This document shows positions 38,843 to 48,508 of a DNA stretch of 64,000 nucleotides, piece by piece. Source of the DNA: Phaeosaccion multiseriatum (Eukaryota > Protista > Ochrophyta, other classes); assembly GCA_965112735.1 (NCBI GenBank), contig OZ218952.1:3348001-3412000 (forward strand), read 5' to 3'. A model generated the notes under the pieces. That model saw only the letters and a list, made by a program, of their open reading frames with translations, searched no databases and was not told the DNA's origin. Numbering within the stretch: position 1 is the first letter of the stretch; each line of letters starts with the position of its first letter. Both the position numbers and the translations under genes were made by a program.

Positions 38843-40066
38843 ACCAGCGCGCCCAGCGCCGCATACCCCAAGCCTGCGCTGACGCCCATCACGGCACTGA
38901 TGACGCCCCACACCATGAGCACGAGAAGGCCGCAGAAGAGGAAGCCGCCGAGGAAGGAGAAGTCGATTCGCGTTTGGAAGGTGAGCAGGGTGAGTGCCAT
39001 AAAGACAAATGCCGTGATGAGAAAGGCCTCCAGGACAAGAGGGCGCATCCCCGCAGAGGCGTAGGAGGCTGTGATCACGCTGAGTGAGGGGAGAGAGGAG
39101 AGGGGGGAGAGGGAGAGAGAGGAGGAATCAAAAGCGAGCAAGACGTACGTGGGTAAGCAGGTAGGCAGTATGGCGTCATTCGTTGGACTCGCCACGGCTC
39201 CGATTGATTCAGCGTGCCATGGTAGCATAGCATCTCTTCCAGTTGCACTGAATGTTCGCAACATGTACGTGCCATATCACTAGCACTTTGGAGCTTCCCC
39301 ACACTCCGTCTTCTCGTGGTGAAGGTACGGTAAGCGACGCTTGGACAGCCCGTTCGCCAGGGGGGGGGGGGTTACAGAGGACGGTAGAAAGGGGAAGTGA
39401 AGCCGCATACCCCGTCTTCGGAACGCAAACACCAATTATCTTGCACTTCCCCTCCCCTTGGGTCTAGCGTGACATCGATCAAACAATAGATAGCGTACTT
39501 GGACGAAGGATGGGATGCAACACCACTCCACTCCACACCACACCACACCAAACCACACCTCACCACAACAAACCAAACCACACCTCACCTCACCACAACA
39601 CACCCAACCACACGACACCACACCACACCTCACCACACCACTCCACTCCACACTACACCAAGCCACAACACACCAAATCACACCACACTACACCACATCA
39701 CAGCATACCAAACCACACCACACCATACCACACCACACCACACCCACACCACACCACACCACACCACGCCACACCACACTCCACCCTACCCCACCACACT
39801 AGTTGGTGATACACCACATCATCACATATTCGTACCCGATGGACACCGCCTCGAGGAAGGTCCAGGCGGAGAGGAGCCACATGTTAGCGGGGCTCTGCTT
39901 GCGGTAACACATGAGCACGAAGAAGGTCACCAGGCCAAGCCCTATGGAGCCGTACAGCACAAAGGCGTTGCCCGCGATGAAAGTCCTCACGCTGGTGTAG
40001 CAGGCGTCAGTGGATGGTGGATATGGGCATGGGGTGGTGGTGGTGTGTGTGTGTGTGTGTGAGTGT

Positions 40067-40131
<65 letters not shown>

Positions 40132-40353
40132 TGTATGTATGTGTGTGTGTGTATGTGTGTGTGGTTGGTCAATCGTGGGGGGGAGGGAGGAGGAAGGAAG
40201 AAAGTGAGGGGGGGGAGGGGGGGGGGGGGACGCGGTTCCGCAGCAGTGGAGAGCTCTATCGATAATCCAAATCGCTCGCTCTCCAGCCCTCTGTCTCCCG
40301 CTCATTTTCTCTGTCCCTTTCTCGTCCCCTCTCCCTCCCCCTCTCTCTGTCTG

Positions 40354-40387
<34 letters not shown>

Positions 40388-41045
40388 CATCTATCCATCT
40401 ATCTATCTGTATCTATCTGTCTCCCGTCCTTCGCCTCTCTCTCTCTCTCTCTCTCTTCGCGTACCGCTTTACAGCAAGTAATACCTGTCGTTATACATGC
40501 AGAGTGCTGAGAATCCGCTCGTAAGCAACAGCTGCACCTCGAGAATACAGTACACCTTGCGCACAAACGCTTCATATTCGCAGTGTTTTGGTGGGGCATG
40601 TGAAAACGCCAAGGGGAGACAAATGACACGATAGGCAGGGAGAGTGGAAAGGGGGCATATCAGAAGGACGCGAAGGGGATTGGCTGACGCGAAGCATCTC
40701 CCTTGGCCAAGGAAGAAGAGAAAACCAATAGAGGACCAAACGAGAGAACATTCCACGTGGAACATTCCAACGAGAGCAACGCAACGTACCCATTCTGTTC
40801 ATCATCTCCACGAGCTCCGCACTCGCCTCAACCGCAACAGGGCCGTCCCATTCAGGACCGTCGCTCACCACCTGAACTCCATGGGCCTGGGGAAGCAGCT
40901 TTCCCCCTTCAAGGTTTTCCTCATAGTCCTGGTATGATGGGGCAGCGGGGGCGGAGGCTGCCGCGAATGCCACCGGCACTTCATTCCAGGAGGGCCGCTC
41001 GCTCTCCTGTTGCTGCTCCCCGCCCTTGCGGCCCTTCCCAAACAT
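38172..41045 (-). CDS. TMBIM / Bax inhibitor-1 family, Lifeguard/GAAP-like multi-TM protein (5 exons)
   Basis: [80 protein letters not shown]...[20 protein letters not shown]. The conserved di-aspartate is present and splice phases are consistent. Confidence 0.93.
39520..39800. repeat. (CACCA)n degenerate pentanucleotide tract, i.e. (TGGTG)n at an intron 5' end
   Basis: Directly visible. Confidence 0.9.
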
Positions 41046-41428
41046 GTTTCCCTCTTCAAGAAAAAAAAGCTTGGGAAGGGAAAAAATAGTCCGTTCGTAT
41101 CACCAACAGGCGTACACCAGCTTTTTTTTCTTTTTTGTTCCAACAATGAATTATTAGTACCCTTTGTTTCTCTTCTCTTTTCACAGAATCCTGGCTGGTA
41201 ACACATTTTTCCGATGGAGAGGACTGACGAGTCAGAGGGATACGACCTCGGGGGCTAAGTTCCCCGGGGCGGTGAGACGTTACTTTTAGACCATCATAGA
41301 TGGCACTTAAGGGTTTACCACCACCACTCAATCAATTTTGCAGAAATTGGCTGAAGAATTTTGACAAACAAATATTGGGGGATACATAAGTACAGTACTG
41401 TACTCTTGCTGCTTTAGAGCTTCATCGT

Positions 41429-43945
41429 TTACCTCCCTCTTCCTCCAACCCGCATCACCACCATCCCCGGGTTACGTTCGTCTTCCCGTACTTCGACTCC
41501 TGCTCTTTCCTGCAAGTAGGCCAGCACCGCGGGCTTGAGAACGCTGACGCCGTCCTCACTGCCTCGGCCTCGGCCTGTGATGACTTTGATCTCAGCCCCC
41601 GGCTTCGCCTCTGAGAGCACGTGACGAAGCGCTGCCTTGCTCGTTCCCCTGCTGAAGTCGTGCAAGTCCATCTCCTGCCCCCCTTTCTTCCAGTGATTCA
41701 AGACCCTTTGTGATACGGCCTCTGCGTACAGCTCGTCAGCAGCCTCCTCGTCTCCTCCCTCCTGCAGAGCATCAATAACGGCGCTGTAACTGATTACGTC
41801 GGGAGTGAATCCTTCTGCCTTCATCTCTCTCAGTAAACACATTGCCTCCACGTGTTGGCTGGCCTTGGCGCATGCGTTAATGGTGGAGTTGTAGCTAATT
41901 TCATCCGGCGCGAGTCCTTCCGCCTTCATCTCCCTCAGTAAACCCAATGCCTCCACGTGTTGGCTGGCCCTGGCGCATGCGTTAATGGTAGTGTTGTAGC
42001 TGATTGCATTGGGAGCGAGTCCTTCCGCCTTCATCTCCCTCAGCAAACCCAATGCCTCCACGTGTTGGCTGGCCTTGGCGCATGCGTTAATGGTGGAGTT
42101 GTAGCTGATTGCATTGGGAGCGAGTCCTTCTGCCTTCATCTCCCTCAGCAAAACCAATGCCTCCACGTGTTGGCTGGCCTTGGCGCATGCGTCAATGGTG
42201 GCGCTGTAGCTGATTATGTTGGGAGCGAGTCCTTCTGCCGTCATCTCCCTCAGCAAAACCAATGCCTCCACGTGTTGGCTGGCCCTAGCGCATGCGTCAA
42301 TGGTGGCGCTGTAGCTGATTTCGTTCGGAGCGAGTCCTTCTGCCTTCATCTCCCTCAGTAAACCCATTGCCTCCACGTGTTGGCTAGCCTTGGCACATGC
42401 GTTTATAGTGGAGCTGTAGCTGATTACGTCTGGAGCGAGTCCTTGTGCCTTCATCTCCCTCAGTAAACGCATTGCCTCCACGTGTTGGCTGGCCTTGGCG
42501 CATGCGTTTATAGTGGAGCTGTAGCTGATTACGTCTGGAGCGAGTCCTTCTGCCTTCATCTCCCTCAGTAAACCCAATGCCTCCACATATTCGTTGGCCC
42601 TGGCACATGCGTTTATGGTGGCGTTGTAGCTGATTTCGTCGGGAGCGAGTCCTTCTGCCTTCATCTCCCTCAGTAAACCCATTGCCTCCACGTGTTGGCT
42701 AGCCTTGGCACATGCGTTTATAGTGGAGCTGTAGCTGATTACGTCTGGAGCGAGTCCTTGTGCCTTCATCTCCCTCAGTAAACGCATTGCCTCCACGTGT
42801 TGGCTGGCCTTGGCGCATGCGTTTATAGTGGAGCTGTAGCTGATTACGTCTGGAGCGAGTCCTTCTGCCTTCATCTCCCTCAGTAAACCCAATGCCTCCA
42901 CATATTCGTTGGCCCTGGCACATGCGTTTATGGTGGCGTTGTAGCTGATTACGTCTGGAGCGAGTCCTTCTGCCTTCATCTCCCTCAGTAAATCCATTGC
43001 CTCCAAATGTTGGCTGGCCCTGGCGCATGCGTTAATGGTGGCGCTGTAGCTGATTTCATCCGGAGCGAGTCCTTGTGCCTTCATCTCCCTTAGAAAACCC
43101 AATGCATCCACGTGTTGGCTGGCCCTGGCGCATGCGTTAATGGTAGAGTTGTAGCTGATTTCATTCGGAGCGACTCCTGCTGCCTTCATCTCCCTCAGTA
43201 AACGCAATGCCTCCACGTGCTGGTTGGCCTTGGCGCATGCGTTAATGGTTGCACTGTAGCTGATTGCATCCGGAGTGATTCCTTCCGTCTTCATCTCCCT
43301 CAGTAAGACCAATGCCTCCACGTGCTGGCTGGCCTTGGCGCATGCGTTAATGGTGGCGCTGTAGCTGATTTCGTTGGGAGCGAGTCCTTCTGCCTTCATC
43401 TCCCTTAGAAAACCCAATGCATCCACGTGTTGGCTGGCCGTGGCGCATGCGTTAATGGTAGAGTTGTAGCTGATTTCATTCGGAGCGAGTCCTTCTGCCT
43501 TCATCTCCCTCAGTAAATCCATTGCCTCCAAATGTTGGCTGGCCCTGGCGCATGCGTTAATGGTGGAGCTGTAGCTGATTACATTGGGAGCGAGTCCTTC
43601 TGCCTTCATCTCCCTCAGTAAACCCATTGCCTTCACGTGTTGGCTGGCCTTGGCGCATGCGTCAATGGTGGAGCTGTAGCTGATCACACCTGGCGTGAAG
43701 CCTTCCTTCTTAATCTCTTGCAGAAGTGCCAAAGCGCCCCTCCACCGCCCGCACTTCCCAATCGCGGTAATCGCAGCACTCAAACAGTACAGGTTGGGCT
43801 TGAGGCCCTCTCGCCGTGCGCGCTCCAGAGTAGGTGCAACCCCCTTCCAATCCTTGCTCCTCCCCAGATCCTGGATCTCCCTCATGAGTCGTATCTGCCT
43901 CGACCTGTCACTTCCTCTAGTAGAATAGCAGGACCATTGCAGCAT
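41429..43945 (-). CDS. Intronless P-class PPR protein (18 near-identical repeats plus degenerate caps) with C-terminal Smr (small MutS-related) nuclease domain
   Basis: 838-aa ORF. The 35-aa/105-bp repeats occupy exactly 41798-43687. The C-terminus has MDLHDFSRGTSKAALRHVL...IKVITGRGRGSEDGVSVLKPAVLAYL...NPGMVVM, which contains the Smr motifs xDLH, ITGxG and NPG. Confidence 0.95.
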   Translation of the reverse strand: MLQWSCYSTRGSDRSRQIRLMREIQDLGRSKDWKGVAPTLERARREGLKPNLYCLSAAITAIGKCGRWRGALALLQEIKKEGFTPGVISYSSTIDACAKASQHVKAMGLLREMKAEGLAPNVISYSSTINACARASQHLEAMDLLREMKAEGLAPNEISYNSTINACATASQHVDALGFLREMKAEGLAPNEISYSATINACAKASQHVEALVLLREMKTEGITPDAISYSATINACAKANQHVEALRLLREMKAAGVAPNEISYNSTINACARASQHVDALGFLREMKAQGLAPDEISYSATINACARASQHLEAMDLLREMKAEGLAPDVISYNATINACARANEYVEALGLLREMKAEGLAPDVISYSSTINACAKASQHVEAMRLLREMKAQGLAPDVISYSSTINACAKASQHVEAMGLLREMKAEGLAPDEISYNATINACARANEYVEALGLLREMKAEGLAPDVISYSSTINACAKASQHVEAMRLLREMKAQGLAPDVISYSSTINACAKASQHVEAMGLLREMKAEGLAPNEISYSATIDACARASQHVEALVLLREMTAEGLAPNIISYSATIDACAKASQHVEALVLLREMKAEGLAPNAISYNSTINACAKASQHVEALGLLREMKAEGLAPNAISYNTTINACARASQHVEALGLLREMKAEGLAPDEISYNSTINACAKASQHVEAMCLLREMKAEGFTPDVISYSAVIDALQEGGDEEAADELYAEAVSQRVLNHWKKGGQEMDLHDFSRGTSKAALRHVLSEAKPGAEIKVITGRGRGSEDGVSVLKPAVLAYLQERAGVEVREDERNPGMVVMRVGGRGR

Positions 43946-44150
43946 ATTGATGGGCAGTAGAGTCGGTACGCCTGACTCCTACTGCTGCGGGCCCTCTTCT
44001 ATTTCTGCTAAGGCAGGAGGAGCAGCAGGTTCTGACAAGCCCCCTCAACGATATCGCTCTCATCATCAGCAATGAAGGTCTCCTTCTTCTCCCTATCCCC
44101 CCTCTTCCAGCCAGCTGTGAGTTTGGGTGGAGTACCAACCTTCCTTCTTT

Positions 44151-44572
44151 GTATCGCCCAAATCGCTCGTTTTTTTCAGAAAAAAGCGATGAAGACCGAA
44201 AGACTATGTGTCGGTGGGCATCTCAAAGAGCTACACGAAGAGATGTAGCGCTTCTCCCAGCGTCATTTTGCTACAAGTGTCAAAAAAAACAAAAAAACAT
44301 TTATTTGGGGCGAATTGGGCGATTCTTACGCAAATCGAGTGTTAATTAATTTTAATGAAGGGAAAATCAAAACAAATCGCCCATTTTTTAGGGATCGGGC
44401 AGCTGCTCCTGCGGAAATGCTGAAAAAACTGAAAGAAGGAAGTGTCGAAAGACGAGAGACTATGTGTCGGTCGACATCTCAAAGATAAAAGAGCTTCATC
44501 GCTTCTCCAAGCGTCATTTTCCTAACCTCGTCCAAAAAAAATATTGTGGGTGATTCGGGCGATTCTTGCACA
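44151..44572. repeat. Two degenerate tandem AT-rich units (~255-bp spacing) with short terminal inverted repeats, MITE-like
   Basis: 'agactatgtgtcggt..catctcaaaga..cgcttctcc.agcgtcatttt..gggcgattctt' occurs twice (~44200-44328 and ~44457-44567). gtatcgcccaaatcgctc (44151) is the near reverse complement of gggcgaattgggcgattc (~44308). Confidence 0.7.
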
Positions 44573-44743
44573 CCATGGCAATATTAAATCCCCCCCCCCC
44601 CCTTTCAGCGTAGAGAGTTGTATCCACCTTAGTCTCCAGACTGCCCTACCGTGCGCTTGCACGGCGGTGAGGGCAGGAGCCTCAAACAACCACACGCACC
44701 CCCATAACAAAACGCGTTCTTCCGATAGGTTTTGATTGCTTTC

Positions 44744-44824
44744 TCCTGTGCCCAATGGACCTCATTCGAGTAGAGTGAGTGACCTCTGAGGGCCAGGCCA
44801 CCGCCAAGCGCCTTAGGAGTGTAC
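44744..44824 (-). repeat. Dispersed ~80-bp element, copy B
   Basis: See copy A at 37550-37630. Translates as KALGGGLALRGHSLYSNEVHWAQE. Confidence 0.85.
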
Positions 44825-45301
44825 GCACCGCGCCGCCCCCACCTGCTGGGCACCTCTGCTGAGCACCTCACCCGCACCTCTAAGCTATCGAAAGGAGAGC
44901 GCTTTACATGTAACGTTTCGAAATGTCTAATGTCATTATTATGATATGACATAACGAGGGCAAGGTTGCCAGTCCCCCAACGCCCCAGAGCAGGGGAACC
45001 ATCTGCAACACATACCCCTCTGTACAGGTAAAATACAAAGACAAAAGCACCGTGTTCGTCAACGGCCAACACGCTGGATGCCGCACACATCTACTGTAAG
45101 CTATCTATAGCCATCATGATCAAGACGCTCGCTCCACTGGAGGAGCGGGTCCGAACCCAACATACAATACCCACCACCATCCCTCCATCGGAGACACGGC
45201 CGCGGCGCATCGAAGGCCGCACAAAAGCCCCCCCCCTCATTGCCCGAGGTACAAGCAGGGCGCCTTTCCCTCCTCCTCCACGAGCCCTCTTGCGGGAGAA
45301 A

Positions 45302-48300
45302 CTAGAACCAATCGCGGTGGCCCTTCTTCTCCTCCTCCTCCCCCCGCATCTCTCTCGGTCGCCCCTCCTCAATTGAGGCGTCCACTCCCCCCACACCCTC
45401 CTCTCTCTCCTTCTCCTCCTCCTCCCCCCCTTCCCCTTCCTCTGTAGAGGTCGAGTTCGTCGGCGTGGTCAGGCCAGCCCCCTCCGGTATGACCCTCACG
45501 CCCCCCTTCCCTCCTCCCTCCCCCTCCTTCTCCTCCTTCTCCTCCTTCTCCTCCTTCTCCTCCTCCTCCTCGCTCTGCTCCTCGCCCTCCTCCTCCACTC
45601 CATCCACCCCTGCGTTAATCTCGGCAATTGTGGTCAAACGGCGCCTTGCACGCTTCACCATGTGCTCCGATCGCAATTTCCTTCCCCCCCTGCCCAAGCC
45701 CGCCCCGCCAAATGAGGTTGGGTTCCTAACCGGGTACCCAAGCATGCCCATCTTGGCGCGCTGAGCCTTCCTGGCTGCTGACCGCTGTGGCCTCGGCGCA
45801 TGCGGTGGCGGAGCGAGCACCACTCGACTGTCCGTCTCTCGATTGTTGGTCCCATCCCCTCCCCGCTCTCCCTCCCGTTTCTCCTGAGGCGTGGAGGGGG
45901 CGTCATCATCGTCTTCCTGCGGCCCTCGTAATCGGACCCGGTCGAGAATGCCCTGAATGTCAAGTCCTTCCCCGGGAGGGGGGCTGTCAGCCCTACCCCC
46001 TCGAGATCGAGATCGTTGAAGGTGGTCCACACGTGCCACTCCCCTATCGTCCCTCCTCCTACTGCCGCTGCTGCTGACACCGCTGCTGAGACTGCTGCTG
46101 CTTATGGTGCTGCTGCCGTCCCGCTCGTCAAAGTAACCGTCAGCACCGTCAAAGCCACGGTCACGCTCCTGCCCTCCACTGCCATCTGCCCCTTCCTCAC
46201 GCGAGGGGGGAGTTCTATACACGAAGTCCAGAGGAGACACTTGCACGCCTCCTCCTTCTCCGTCTCCTTCTTCCCCTGCCGCCGCCATGGAGGAAAAACC
46301 GCCGGAGGATGTAACTGAACACACGGCTATGTCGCTCGGTGTATCTGTGTCATCGCTGACGCCGCTCACGGCATCACTGACACCACTCACGGCGCTCCGG
46401 CCGCTGCTGCCTCCTTCCTCGGCGAAGTCGCTGTTCATGTCGCTATCGTTATCATGCTCATCGCTGCTGTCGTCCACGCTGCCTACACCGCACACGTCGC
46501 TGTCACTGCAACTACCACCACCGTCAATGTACCCACTCCCCCACCGACCATTACGACCGTCCTCATAGGCGCGCTGGCACTCGTCCTCTTGTTGCTCCTC
46601 CTCCGTGGGGTGGGCAATCTCCTCAGCACAGGCCCGGCGCAGCTTGGACATTCTCCTCACCACACGCACATGCAGCCTGTACATGCCATAGATGAGCAGG
46701 CCAGCTGCAAGTATGGGCACGACCACCAGCGCACTGTGCATCTCAAAGAGGGCTTCCGCACCCACCATGGCGAAGCCGACAGGCACCGGGATGAAGATCT
46801 GCACACAGAGGAGGGGGGGGAGACAGACAAGAGAGAGATAGGGAGGTGAGGAACTGCTGACGGCAAGAGGCGTGTCGATAACAACACAAAAACCGAAACT
46901 GAAACTGACTGCCAGCACCAAAAGAGCGGAAATACTCCTCTCTCACCCACATGCACACTCACACACGCAAGCACGAAACCCACCATCACGCGATAGACAG
47001 GAGACACCACACAACCATCATGCCCACCCACCCACACACGCACAAGCACACGCACACGCACACATGCACTCACCTCTACGATAAGATCTCTCCAGTGCTC
47101 ATTGGCGGACATGTACACCACAAAGAACACAATCTGCAGCAGCGCCGTGAAGACCCACACCGCCCACACGCCACACGTCTTCAACACGTATCGCAGGCGG
47201 TCTCTGAACGAGTCGCCCTCCAGCTGCGGCTTCCGCTTCTTCGCCTCATCCATGGACCTTCCCGGGATGTAGGAGCGGTACACACTGCCTCGGGGCACAA
47301 TGCCCGTCACAATGTAGGAGCTTACTTCGAGCTCAGGATGGGCGCGTGCCACCTGCATGGAGGCGCTGTAGGCGCTGTTGTGCTTGAAGACTCTCCTCCT
47401 CGTGAGCGAGTCGTAGGCCACAAATGGCAGCAGCATGAAGAGCACGGACACGCGGATGGGCTCGAACACGAAGATGGTCAGCGTGGTGATGAGGAGGTAC
47501 ACCTGTGCTCCATCGATCATCGAAAGGGGCATACGGGAGACAGTGAGTCAGTCAGGGAGTAAAGGGGTGACCGAGGTAAGTGAATGAGTGAGTCAGTGAG
47601 TTGGTCAGTGAGTTGGTCAGTCAGTCAGTCAGTCAGTCAGTCAGTCAGTGAGTGAGCGAGACTGGTGAAGGGGGTGAGTTAATGAAGGAGTGAGTGAGTA
47701 GGTGAGTGAGTGGGTGAGTGAGTGAGCGAGAGTGAGTGAGGGGGTGAGCTAATGAAGGAGTAAGTGAATGACTGACTGAGCGAGTGAGTGAGTCAGTGAG
47801 TGAGTGTTCTTCCTGCTCTACCGCACAACGTACCTGAATGAAGGTCATGGAGGTGTCGTGCGAGTGGCGCAGGCCAAACAAGAACACGTAAAACAGGCAC
47901 CCCAGCGCCAGCACTATAAGGAAGACCCACGCCATAACCTTTGGGAAAGCCCCCACAGTCCTCCAACTCTCGCTCGACCAGTTGCGTGGGCGGAACCAAG
48001 ACGCCTGTAGCATCCTCCTCCGCTGCAGCTTGAGGCTGTCAATCACGGCAGCATCCAGCAGCAGCAGGTTTCGGTCAAAGTCGTCCTCCAAAGCGTCGAT
48101 ATCCATCTCCAGCCGGGCCCCTATCCGCGCCTGCTTCTCAATGAGCCTGGTCTGGCGTCTCAGCCAAGCGTCCGACAGGTTCTCCATGCCGCCCTTGGAG
48201 GCAACTAGACGCTCCACCTCTTGTGAGGTGCGAACACATGCCACACGCTGCACTTGCGCGAGAAGCTCTCTCCGCTCGTGCTGCCAGTTACGGGCCTTGT

Positions 48301-48474
48301 TTCAGAGAGGAGAGGAGAGGAGAGAAAAACGCAGCAGCATCATCACAACCCAATGTCAGACATACGCGAGCATGAAATCCAATCTTCCGAGTTTTCAGGT
48401 CCAGTTCCACATCCAGCCTCATTTTCCGTTTTCTCTCATATACCCCAATCCCCCCCTTTCTGACACGCACACAG

Positions 48475-48508
<34 letters not shown>

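Noticed and set aside
41389-41404. Helitron 3' end (hairpin + CTRR)
   Set aside because: The palindrome is present but there is no correctly spaced CTRR on either strand.
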